A stretch of 23,322 nucleotides of DNA from Octopus sinensis. Lineage: Eukaryota. Below the pieces are notes generated by a model, which did no database searches, was not told the origin of the DNA, and worked only from the letters and a program-made list of their open reading frames with translations. This document shows, piece after piece, positions 10,040-20,767 of this stretch. A program made the translations under genes and the position numbers. Numbering within the stretch: the stretch's first letter is position 1; each line of letters starts with the position of its first letter. Location: NCBI RefSeq assembly GCF_006345805.1, contig NW_021836941.1:1-23322 (forward strand), given 5' to 3'.

Positions 10040-10112
10040 TACACACACGCTCGCGCGCGCGCGTGCGCGTGTGTGTGTGTGTTTGTGTGTTTGTGTGTGT
10101 ATATATATATGT
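10040..10112. repeat. (CA)/(CG)/(TG)/(TA) alternating purine-pyrimidine tract
   Basis: Direct reading. Confidence 0.9.
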
Positions 10113-10577
10113 ATGTTCTCCATTTTCAATTTTCTCCGTTTTTTTTTCTCTCCTTGACTATCCTTTTTTTCTTTCAGAAGAATGAATATTTGAAACGAAA
10201 ACGATGCTTCCCTTTTTTAACCTATTTCGTGAGCGTCGACCTTATAAACCGTTGTTTTATTTTGCTTTCTTCCCCTCGACATCCAATATATTCTTCGCTA
10301 CCAACAAAAAAAAATGAAAGAAAAAAAAGGAAAGAAATGAGAAATGACAGAGATTATTTTGAGGAAGAGTCAGCTGCTACGTTTATCGGGGGAACATTCT
10401 GATACATTTAATTCTCTGAGACAATTTAGGAAGAAGTATATTTTACGATATAAATGAGTTCGACAATTAAATTAAGATTTATAATTGGCTAATCAAGGAT
10501 TAAAAACCGAGTGCACGCACTAGTATATTTTGAAATCTTTCTCATGTGAATACTCTTTGCGTTAGCAAATTTTAATT

Positions 10578-10632
10578 TGTGTGTGTGTATTTGTATGTAT
10601 GTGTATGCGTGCGTGTGTGTGCATGCGCGCGC

Positions 10633-10663
<31 letters not shown>

Positions 10664-10668
10664 TGTGT
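10578..10668. repeat. (TG)n with (GC)11 core
   Basis: (GC)11 at 10625-10646 flanked by TG arrays. Confidence 0.95.
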
Positions 10669-11175
10669 TGGTAAGTATGTACAAGACGTTCAGTTATTGT
10701 GACGGAAGTGGGGGTGGATTTATGTATCATGACTTTTGTGATCTCCCCAGAGTACAGGCAACGTATATGAAATGTGCGAATTGTAAATGAAATGTAACTC
10801 GATTCACAGGGTTACTCTGCCGCAATCTCCTTCCTACGCAGGCACACACACACACACACACAACGCATGCACAAACACATACACATACATACACACACAC
10901 TTGCACTAAGATCCTTAATGTCGCTGATAAGTCGCAAAATATCGGGATAAAAAGATGAGATAAAGGTAGCACAACAGGCAGCTACGTTTGCGCTAAAATT
11001 GCTAGAAATAGCAACGAAATCTCCCGCCCTACAACATAATTACCTTTCCATTCATACCCTCACAATCAAGGAAGACTAACTCAATCGAAACTATATAATA
11101 CCAATATCAACTTCAATGCGTCGCAGTCTGTCAATGCCTCAGCCGGCCGAAACTTCGAAATTACTGTCAATAATC

Positions 11176-11378
11176 TTTTCTACTCTATGCACAAGGCCCG
11201 AAATTTTTGGGGAGGAGGCCAGTCAATTAGAGGCCAGTACTTGATTTATCGATTTATCGATTTATCGATCCCTAAAGGATGAAAGGCAAAGTCGACCTCG
11301 GCGGTATTTGAACTCTGAACGTAAAGACAGACGAAATATCGCTAAGTATTTCGCCCGGTGTGCTAACGTTTCTGCCGC
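11176..11378 (-). mobile_element. tRNA-derived SINE (head type 1)
   Basis: AAAGGATGAAAGGCAAAGTCGACCTCGGCGGTATTTGAACTCTGAACGTAAAGACAGACGAAA is the reverse complement of the core of the copy at 16574-16802. Confidence 0.9.
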
Positions 11379-11489
11379 TTTGAGTATCCCGTCACATTAA
11401 TGTAAAATTGTATAACTGTATATAAAAACAAACATTGATATAATAGCTCTGCCCTAATATGAGTGCTTTCGCAGCATTGACTGAAAACA

Positions 11490-13680
11490 GGAAAAGTTGC
11501 AGCAACACCCAATACACTTTTCTATGACAAACATACTGATACCTATTAAAAAAGCGCTACCTGAAAACTTTTCTACAAAAAACAAAACAATCCAAAGACT
11601 CAGACGGACAATTTATCACTATGAAAAAGACCAAAAGGAAAAGCAGCCTATCAACAACAATGGATTCAAGATGGTCAAATGTCCACCTTCTAAACCATTG
11701 CTATAATCCTTCACAATTTACCTATTCTCAATGATTAAGTAAATAAAATTCAATAAACGAATGAATGAACTGCATAAAGAACTAGAACAGAAAAATCAAC
11801 TACATAAAATCTATTTGTAAAACAACCTCTAACAGATAAATTAAACTATATATAACCGCTCTCTTTCTAACACAATCTCTAACATTCTCCCAACCACCTA
11901 CACACAAAATACAAAGTATGCAGCTTTAAGTGATATAAACACTACAGCTAAGGAAATAGCTGCTAAACTTAAAATAGACGACAAAGTAAACATATTGATT
12001 TCAAATTTTGGCTGAAACCCAGCAGTTTCAGAAAAAGAGTTAAGCCGATTACATCGACCCCAGTGTTCAATCAGTACTTAATTTATCGACCCCGACAGGA
12101 TGAAAGACAAAGCTGAGCTCGATTCAGAACGTAAAGAGGGACGAAATGGTGCTATGCATTTTACCTGTTGTGTTAACGATTCTGCCAGCACACCGCCTTA
12201 TACAGAGTAGACATATTAACACCCAAATGCACATACATAACTATGAAAGACCACAAACAAAACTTCAATAGATCTCATCTGTTAGACTATTAAATCCTTC
12301 CAAACCGGACATAGGTATCATGAATAAAAAAGATCACAGACTAATTCTCACCTAAGATAAAAACAATATCCACATTAACCCTCTGGACTAACACTTACAA
12401 GATCCTAAATGAAAATGCATGCCATTTTTTCTAGTTTGACATCAGAGATTATTATGCGTCAATAACTGAACCTAGTCTTAGAGCTACTTTGAACTTCACT
12501 AAAACTATAACCACGATAAACGACATCAAAATGGAAACAATAGTTCAAGCAAGGATGTCGCTTTTCTTACATAACAATGCTTTCTGGATTAAGGAGAACA
12601 ATAAAGAACCATTTGATCTAAGTCTGGGATCAGAGAACTCGGCAGAGATAAGCGACGTTTTTGGCCTTTACATACTAGAAAATTTAGAAAACAAATTTCC
12701 ATCTGTCTTAAGTGGTCTATATAGGAACGATGGTAGCTCCTAGTGAGAAACTGTAATCCACAAAATACTGATAACTTAAAGAAGGAACTACATCACTTCT
12801 TTAAAACTTGAGCTTCTCTATTACGGTAAAAACACAACTAAAGTTAGTCAACTTCCTAGATGTTGCCCTCGACCTAAAATCCAATATATACATAGACCCC
12901 AGCCCCAAATTATCAAACACTTTGTAAAGAACATGTCTCTCAGACTTTTCTCTTTATCTTAAAATGAAAACTGCTAAACGAAATAGAAACTCCATATAAC
13001 GAAGCTCTCAATAACAGTGGCTGCAAGGAAAAAGTGCCATGTATAAACAACAAACCTCCCTCAAGTAATAAAATACGTAAGAATAGAAAAAGAAAAATCA
13101 GCTGGTTTAATGCCCCACCTTCAACATGCAAGACTCCACATCAATAACTATATTATTTTTCAAATTACTGCAAAACATACTTCCACCCCAACCACAAGTA
13201 TTACAAATTAATAAACAGACACAACGTAAAATTGCCTTACTCCACAACCGACAACTCTAAAACAACTGTAGCTAATTACAACTAGCAAAAATTGTCTAAA
13301 AGTGAAAAACTAAATGACACATATAAGAACTGCTATTGTAGAACACCTTTATCTTGCCCTCTAGAAGGAAACAATCTCTCAAGAAATATCGCATATAGCA
13401 TAACGGTAACCACGAACACGACACCAATTACTAAATCTACATGTATAGAAAGTACAGCAAACTAATTCAAGGCGTGATACAATCAATACTTACGTAATCA
13501 AAAGAGGCAATATGATACATCAATATTCAAATAAATATGAAGATTAAAAGAGAAAAATAGGCATTTATCTCTAACTGGAAAATACTATCACACGCCCAAC
13601 CATATCAAGGTAACAACAAACACTGCCGACAGATAATAACAACTTGATAAATCTTGGTCAACTGTTCAAGATTATCTTAA
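11490..13680 (+). mobile_element. Degraded Penelope-like retroelement (PLE RT plus GIY-YIG endonuclease), interrupted by a SINE
   Basis: Manual translation: AKEIAAKLKIDDKV, ITMKDHKQNF (12237-12266), VRLLNPSK, FDIRDYYASI (12435-12464), FDLSLGSENSAEISDVFGLYIL, GLYRNDG (12714-12734; YRDD to YRND), VNFLDV, WFNAPP (from 13103), CYCRTPLSCPLEGN (13331-13372), NWKIL..QPY. Multiple stops and frameshifts. Outer boundaries are approximate. Confidence 0.92.
11997..12201 (-). mobile_element. tRNA-derived SINE (head type 1) inserted into the PLE, with 16-bp TSD
   Basis: SINE core CGATTACATCGACCCCAGTG..TTTATCGACCCCGACAGGATGAAAG. Flanks are ACAAAGTAAACATATT (11981-11996) and ACAGAGTAGACATATT (12202-12217). 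Confidence 0.88.
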
Positions 13681-13795
13681 ACGGATTAGGAAAGTGGGTA
13701 ACTCATGAATAAAGCAGTGCGTTCAAGAATTTACCACAATTTGCTAACTAGGAATGAAGCGAACTCTCAAGGCATGTTTGCATGTCTAACATGTA

Positions 13796-13937
<142 letters not shown>

Positions 13938-14163
13938 TGTGCGTGTGTCTCTGTTTGCCTTCCACCATCACCTGACAGCCGATGTTGGTGTGTTTACATC
14001 CCCGTAACTTACCAGTTCGGCAAAAGAGACCGACAGAATAAGTAATAAGCTTACAAAGAATAAGTCCTGGGTTCGATTTCTTCGACTAAAAGCCATTTAA
14101 GGCGCTGCTCTACCATGACCGCAGTCAAATGGCTGGCTGAACCAAGTAAAGGAATAAAAGAAT
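13938..14163 (+). mobile_element. SINE type 2, 3' half
   Basis: GATGTTGGTGTGTTTAC..CGGCAAAAGAGACCGACAGAATAAGTA..TTCGACTAAAA matches the post-microsatellite half of 17059-17382. Confidence 0.85.
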
Positions 14164-14188
14164 ATACATGTATATATATATATACGTT

Positions 14189-14261
<73 letters not shown>

Positions 14262-14273
14262 TATATATATATA
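14164..14273. repeat. (TA)n microsatellite
   Basis: Direct reading. Confidence 0.97.
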
Positions 14274-14583
14274 CGCAGGAAACTGACTAGGAGAACAATG
14301 GATGTCATCGCCACAGATGGAGGAAGCAGGTTAAGGAGGGGTGTGGACACTTGAGAGCGCACGTATTCAGCATGAAGAACTTAGTGTGGTGCTTGAAAGC
14401 GCACTACTGGTGTAATGAATGGGGAAAGCTTGGTCTGCTGTTTGCAATCGTGTGTGCTTGTCAAGAGCAGAGCTCATTAGCCACCAACGGAGCTGCAAAT
14501 GCAAAATATAAGTTAGTCCTAGAGCGCAAAATGTTCTTGAAAGTCAGCAATGGTCTTCCTCGGTCACGAGTGGACGTTCATCA
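14274..14583 (+). mobile_element. RTE-type LINE 3' end fragment
   Basis: RWRKQVKEGV followed by CNRVCLSRAELISHQRSC (14443-14496), matching the DR..WR..V..G / C.R.C.SR.GL.SH.R C-terminus typical of RTE/BovB ORFs, then a short 3' UTR. Confidence 0.75.
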
Positions 14584-14603
14584 TATATATATATATATAT
14601 ATA

Positions 14604-14802
14604 GGGAGAGTTTACGAAAAAAAACAAAAGACGAAGACAGGTGGTGTACAAAACAAACAGATGTATTAGTATAACGCTCAGGAATAGAAAAAGTCTTTTA
14701 CGTTTTGAGCCTACGCTCGAAAGGGACACAGAAAAAACAAGGAGAGAAACAAAGAGAGAAAAAATGTGTGTAGTGGCTAACGATCTATCATGGCGTCTGA
14801 CC
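14604..14802 (-). mobile_element. Dispersed roughly 190-bp repeat, copy 2 (hammerhead-like motif at 14695-14723 with core deletion)
   Basis: Reverse complement closely matches 22679-22864 along its whole length. Confidence 0.85.
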
Positions 14803-14838
14803 ATTATATATATGTGTGTGTGTGTGTATGTATCAAAA

Positions 14839-15005
14839 TGTGTGTCTTTGCGCATGTTCCCCACCATCACTTGACAACCGGTGTCGGTTTGTTTACGTCC
14901 CTGTAACTTAGCGTCATCGATAAAATATGCACCTGATTTGTTCGACTAAACTCTTCATGGCGATGCCTCAGTATGGCCGTAGTCAAGTGAATGAAACATA
15001 AAATA
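14839..15005 (+). mobile_element. SINE type 2, degenerate 3' half
   Basis: CCCCACCATCACTTGACAACCGGTGTCGGTTTGTTTACGTCCCTGTAACTTAGCG..TTCGACTAAA..GTATGGCCGTAGTCAAG. Confidence 0.75.
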
Positions 15006-15029
15006 CACTTCACATACATTTATTGAATA

Positions 15030-15057
15030 TATATGCTCGTGTATGCTTGTGTGTGTA

Positions 15058-15101
<44 letters not shown>

Positions 15102-15123
15102 TGTGTGTGTGTGTGTGTGTGTG
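15030..15123. repeat. (TG)n microsatellite
   Basis: Direct reading. Confidence 0.95.
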
Positions 15124-16121
15124 CCTGAGTATATGTTTAGCTAAACGAAGCATTCAGATGCTTTAAGAATTGAACTTAAGTAATCAAAAATTGAAATATA
15201 CTCATCCTGGCTGAAGATAGAATATCTTCTTAAAACCTTAAAGTGCATGCCACTACGCCTGTGTATACATGTCGACAATATAACTGATATATGTGTGAAC
15301 ATGATTAACAGCATGTTGCAACCTTTTATCTGAAATAAATTATGTTGTTTAGCCACCAGGGGCAAGTATGTCTGTCTAAGTATGGTATGTAATGAAAGTG
15401 TAAAACTAAACCAAATGAAAATAATACATTTTCGTTTACACCTAGTTTCATGTATACACATGTATGCACTATTTAGTGCGCGCGCGCGCGAGTGTATGGG
15501 CGGGCCTATATGTGCTTACGTGTGAATGAGTGTGGATGCGTATGCATATGTATCTCTGAGTATCGCTCAGACATTAGTGTGTGTAAGCACATATTGAAGT
15601 TGTATATGGATGTGTGTATGTGCTGTGGATAAATGAACAGTTGGTTAAATTTTAGGTTTAAATATATTAAAGAAGGAGGTTAACATGGTGTTAAGTGACA
15701 GTAAATTGTCCTAAAAAAGTGAAAGTAAATTAGGACAGAAACAGGAAGTGACGACAGTGAAACAGGAAAGTTTTCACAAAAGGAACAAAAAAAATTCCCT
15801 CATTATGTCACCTCCACATGTACTTACATGTTTAGTATCTTCTAGTAATATGCTAAGTATTTCAGAAACAGCAGTTGAGGTACACCGTTCCAATATGGTA
15901 CACACAGTAAAGAACACAACTGAGTAAACAATTCGATGGCTTGCATGTCGACACATGCCAGACAACACAGTTACGTGTTAGCATTGCAATAATCCAGCAC
16001 GATGAATGAGCTGTAGAGAAAGAATCGAAGGGAATCAATGGCGTTGTTTCTGTGAATTCACTAGGACTATACGGTCCAGTTACTTTTTTGAGAAGAACCA
16101 TTTAACTCTACAAATGATAAT

Positions 16122-16300
16122 GATTTCAATTTTTTGGCACAAGGGCAGCAATTTCTAGGGAGGAGGTAAGTCATTACATTGACCCCAGTGCTCAGCTGGT
16201 GCTTATTTTATCGACCCCGAAAGGATGAAAGGTAAAATCGATCTCAGCGGAATTCGAAACCAGAACGTAAAAATCGTGCTAACGATTCGGCCAACTCTAC
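16122..16300 (-). mobile_element. tRNA-derived SINE (head type 1) with an internal deletion of about 30 nt
   Basis: GACCCCAGTG..TTTTATCGACCCCGAAAGGATGAAAGG..GCGGAATTCGAAACCAGAACGTAAA..GTGCTAACGATTC. Possible TSD AACTCTAC at 16104-16111 and 16293-16300. Confidence 0.88.
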
Positions 16301-16573
16301 CAATAATACTTCAACTAATGTACATATGGATAAGAGACTATCCTCAGAGCGAAGTTATTTTTAACTGCAAATAAGTAATAATAAAATGGTTGGTTGATGC
16401 AATTTCCTGAAACGTGCATGTGTGAACAACACTTGGCGGAAGTGTCCACAGCAACTCGATGCATTAGATGACGCAGGATGCTTCATTACTGTGCAAAGCG
16501 GCAAATCCAAATACATGCACCAGAAATATCATCATGGAGAATGGCATGAAGGGCAGTGAATGTGCTATACATT

Positions 16574-16802
16574 CGGCGAGCTGGCAGAAACGTTAGCACG
16601 CCGGGCGAAATGCGCAGCCGTATCTCGTCTGTCGTTACGTTCCGAGTTCAAATTCCGCCGAGGTTGACTTTGCCTTTCATCCTTTCGGGGTCGATAAATT
16701 AAGTACTAGTTACGCACTGGGGTCGATGTAATCGACTTAATCCCTTTGTCTGTCCTTGTTTGTCCCCTCTATGTTTAGCCCCTTGTGGGTAGTAAAGAAA
16801 TA
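16574..16802 (+). mobile_element. Near-intact tRNA-derived SINE (head type 1) with 8-bp TSD
   Basis: A-box-like TGGCAGAAACG and B-box-like GAGTTCAAATTCC, core GACTTTGCCTTTCATCCTTTCGGGGTCGATAAA, flanked by TATACATT at 16566-16573 and 16803-16810. It resembles the abundant octopus tRNA-SINEs (OK/OR1/OR2 group); I cannot assign the exact family by eye. Confidence 0.93.
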
Positions 16803-17058
16803 TATACATTAATCACGTCATATCCATTTATGGAATGTCATTGTTTTCAACTCTGATTTCTATCGCATTTTACATATATATTTTTAAAGACAATTTACTT
16901 TCACGCTTTTTCTTTTACGATGGTAAACCGTATGTTAACCCAAGAAGAAAGTGCTTTCTAGCAATAATCTACGCCGTGTGTGACTGGGGAATGGTAACTT
17001 ATATTTACACGGAAATGTAACTTATATTTATCAGTCTTATAAATAGTTACTATTAATA

Positions 17059-17382
17059 GGCGCAGACGTGGCTGTATGGGTAAGAAGTGTGTTTCCCAAT
17101 CACATGGTTCCGGGTTCAGTCACAATGCGTGGCACATTGGGTAGGTGTCTTGGGCCGACCAAAGCCTTGAGAGTGAATTTAGTTGGGGGAAAATGAAAGA
17201 AGTCCGTCGTATATATATATATGTATGTGTGTTTTTGTGTGCTTGTCCCCCCATTACCGCTTGACTATCGACGTTGGTGTGTTTACGGCAAAAGTGTCCG
17301 ATAGAATAAGTACTAGGCTTTAAAAAAATAACTCTTGGGGTCGATTTGTTCCACTAAAACCCTTCAAGGCAGTGCTTCAGCA
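17059..17382 (+). mobile_element. tRNA-derived SINE (head type 2) with internal (TA)n/(TG)n
   Basis: GGCGCAGACGTGGCTGTATGGGTAAGAAG (A-box region), GGTTCCGGGTTCAGTC (B-box region), GGGCCGACCAAAGCCTTG, internal microsatellite at about 17209-17235, and a tail shared with 13938-14163. Confidence 0.88.
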
Positions 17383-18125
17383 AAAACCGAATAAAATAAT
17401 TTTAACCCTTCAATAATTAGCGATTAATCTTAAGTATCATAACACATTATACATTTAGATATTCATCCCATGCGTAAGTAAACGTTATACAACAAGCACA
17501 AAAATACCGACTTAATACAACAAGGTACAATTAAATACAATAAATAACCTGTGGAATATACAAACTTGATACTACCCTAAAGGAAAAATACGGTATCTCG
17601 ATAAGATATTATCTATCAAATGTTTACTCATGCACACTACGGTTTTCCAACAGTCTTAGCTCCAGATTCATCCAAATTAAACATTTTACAGGCATAGACA
17701 TCATGTAATGGTAATAATTTAATTCCCAGGCCATTGCTGTTATCTTATTAATAATTATGTCGCTAACCATGCCTTTGCGGCATATCTTTGATTATCCGCT
17801 AAAAACATTATAAAGGCAGAAATACTCTCTCCGCTTCTCGGCTATAATCATATTAAAGCACAATGTTTAAAACTAAATATAACGCTACAAGATTGCCTCC
17901 TAATTCCTGGATCTGATACCGTACGTTTCACATAGATTTCGCACGGAATCAACAAGGTTCAGTTCACTTACCAATTCTCCCTTTCCCTGAATCGGGATGA
18001 TTTGTGTTTACATCCTGAATCGTCACTGATTCTTGCATTGTACTTATGTACAGTATAGGAGTCAGTGGTAAATTATATCTCTTAAGTATGGGATAAAAGT
18101 AAGCAAAATAGCATAAAAATGTCCT

Positions 18126-18485
18126 CAAAATCACATGAGCTACAACAGCAGCCGATATCTAGATGTCTAAATGATTGTAAATGACACAGAGTTGACTCTG
18201 GCACACAAGGAACTAATTTCGTGGAACGCAACAAAAGTCAAAAGTTTGCTTATAATTATGCTCGGATTAAAAGAGACTTCGGAAAAATAGTGAAGGAATT
18301 TACCCAAAATCACATGAGTTGCATCAGCAACCGATATCTAGATACCTAAAAGATTGTAAATGACGCAACATCTGTGACATAGCAAAATAATCTTGTCGAA
18401 TGCGCAAAAAAAACCCCAAAACAAATTAAATTAAATGTCTGCCCATAGTATTGTCCGGATTAAAAGAGATTTCGAAATACTGACT
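18126..18485. repeat. Old diverged tandem duplication, unit about 180-190 bp
   Basis: CAAAATCACATGAG at 18126 and 18305, CCGATATCTAGAT and GATTGTAAATGAC in both units, CGGATTAAAAGAGA at 18263 and 18456. Confidence 0.85.
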
Positions 18486-18865
18486 GCCGGAAAATCGAAT
18501 GTGTACCAGTAACATTCGGTGCATAAAAGAAATTTAACACGCAACACATACATTAATCACAATTGATTATTTAAAATAATGTTTCCATTTAGTAATTTAT
18601 TATGAACATAATTAAAACTTCAAGTTACACAAAATAGCCCCAATCACCGCTCATTATATATTCGACGGTTTTCATGGGATATAATCGTTAAAATTAAAAC
18701 TCCTGTACCCTAGATATAGCAGTATACAACCTTCTATTATTACACTACCATTGCATCTATGTTTTTTCTCCCTCTGCCTATCTTATAATTAAATTATTAT
18801 ATATTACGTGAAAATCTACAATACAATTGTCTTCGGCGAATTTTCTTATCACGCAAAGCATTGTC

Positions 18866-18925
18866 ACTCTCTCTCTGTCTCTGTCTCTGTCTCTCTGTGT
18901 GTCTGTCTGTCTGTCTCTCTCTCTG

Positions 18926-18992
<67 letters not shown>

Positions 18993-19037
18993 TATATATA
19001 TATATATAATATATATATATATAATATATATATATTT
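18866..19037. repeat. (CTGT)/(CT)n/(TA)n microsatellites
   Basis: Direct reading. Confidence 0.95.
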
Positions 19038-19208
19038 CATGAAATGTACGTAGTTTTTTTACTTATATATTGATCAATCATTTTTATACTTTTTGAGATC
19101 TAGTTATGTTTTATAAAAATATATATTATTTGTTATTTATGTTTTGGTTATGTCTATTACTGTCTGAGTTGCATAATAGTGGTTTTATCACTAATTTAAT
19201 ATATATAT

Positions 19209-19242
<34 letters not shown>

Positions 19243-19455
19243 CAGGGTGGCCCAAAAGTAGGCTTACAGTTATTCACCTATCTCTTTCGCACTCATATAT
19301 TAACAGTTTAGATCTTAATTGTAAAAAATAATATGAAACCATTATTTTATGCTAATTTAGTTAATTGTAAAGTAGAAATTTAATTGTAATAAAATGTTTT
19401 AAAATAGATTAAAGTGCCTACGTGATAACTGTAAACCTACTTTTGGGCCACCCTG
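19243..19455. mobile_element. 213-bp Tc1/mariner-type MITE, copy 1
   Basis: 31-bp TIRs CAGGGTGGCCCAAAAGTAGG[C/T]TTACAGTTAT with one mismatch, TA on both sides (19241-19242 and 19456-19457), non-coding AT-rich interior. Confidence 0.92.
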
Positions 19456-19687
19456 TATAATGTAAATGTAAAAGTATATTATGAAAACGTAAAGATAAAC
19501 ATGTATACATATACATACATAAATATATGTAAGAATGTGTATATGAAGGAGTATATAAATCCATGCACACTATGCATATATATATATGTATGTATGTATG
19601 TAACTATGTATGTATGTATGTATGTATGTATGTATGTATGTATGTATATATGTATGTATGTATGCATGTATGTATTATGTTTGTATG

Positions 19688-19734
<47 letters not shown>

Positions 19735-19806
19735 ATGCATGTATGTATGTGTGCATGCATGTGTGCGTGCATATATGCATACCAGTTAACCATAGAATCA
19801 TGTATG

Positions 19807-19840
<34 letters not shown>

Positions 19841-19951
19841 TGTGTGTGTGTATGTATGTATGCATGCATGCATGCATGCATGTATGTATGTATGCATATA
19901 TGCATGTTTGTATGTATGTATGTATGTATGTATGTATGTATGTATGTATAT

Positions 19952-19988
<37 letters not shown>

Positions 19989-20018
19989 CTATATATATAT
20001 ATATTATATATATATATA

Positions 20019-20231
20019 CAGGGTGGCCCAAAAGTAGGCTTACAGTTATTCACCTATCTCTTTCGCACTCATATATTAACAGTTTAGATCTTAATTGTAA
20101 AAAATAATATGAAACCATTATTTTATGCTAATTTAGTTAATTGTAAAGTAGAAATTTAATTGTAATAAAATGTTTTAAAATAGATTAAAGTGCCTACGTG
20201 ATAACTGTAAACCTACTTTTGGGCCACCCTG
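20019..20231. mobile_element. 213-bp Tc1/mariner-type MITE, copy 2
   Basis: Identical by eye to 19243-19455, including the TIR mismatch and the TA flanks. Confidence 0.92.
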
Positions 20232-20469
20232 TATAATGTAAATGTAAAAGTATATTATGAAAACGTAAAGATAAACATGTATACATATACATACATAAAT
20301 ATATGTAAGAATGTGTATATGAAGGAGTATATAAATCCATGCACACTATGCATATATATTATGTATGTATGTATGTAACTATGTATGTATGTATGTATGT
20401 ATGTATGTATGTATGTATGTATTGTATGTATGTATGTATGCATGTGTATGTATTATGTTTGTATGTATG

Positions 20470-20513
<44 letters not shown>

Positions 20514-20586
20514 ATGCATGTATGTATGTGTGCATGCATGTGTGCGTGCATATATGCATACCAGTTAACCATAGAAATCATGTATG

Positions 20587-20620
<34 letters not shown>

Positions 20621-20735
20621 TGTGTGTGTGTGTATGTTGTATGCATGCATGCATGCATGCATGTATGTATGTATGCATATATGCATGTTTGTATGTATGT
20701 ATGTATGTATGTATGTATGTATGTATGATATATAT

Positions 20736-20767
<32 letters not shown>

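Noticed and set aside
12489-12743. 84-aa ORF as an active RT
   Set aside because: It is a fragment of the decayed Penelope-like element, and the catalytic YRDD reads YRND.
15141-15461. 106-aa minus-strand ORF with a TTATTTCAG acceptor inside it
   Set aside because: There is no convincing donor, no recognisable homology, and the composition is typical of AT-rich non-coding DNA.
16574-16660. tRNA gene (also at 1950-2011 and 17059-17125)
   Set aside because: A- and B-box-like motifs are present but I see no complete cloverleaf, and each continues into a SINE body.
17459-17473. 15-nt microexon (TTTAG|ATATTCATCCCATGC|GTAAGT)
   Set aside because: The pyrimidine tract is poor and such short AG..GT pairs are expected by chance in 23 kb.
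17990-18030. VTIQDVNTNHP on the minus strand as a cadherin/protocadherin DxNDNxP motif
   Set aside because: It lacks the NDN and following PxF residues, and no other cadherin motifs lie in frame. Octopus protocadherin ectodomains would give long ORFs.
18126-18485. CRISPR-like repeat-spacer array (also considered for 21700-21985)
   Set aside because: There are only two units with homologous middles, or microsatellite-derived units. There are no unique spacers or cas genes, and the context is eukaryotic.
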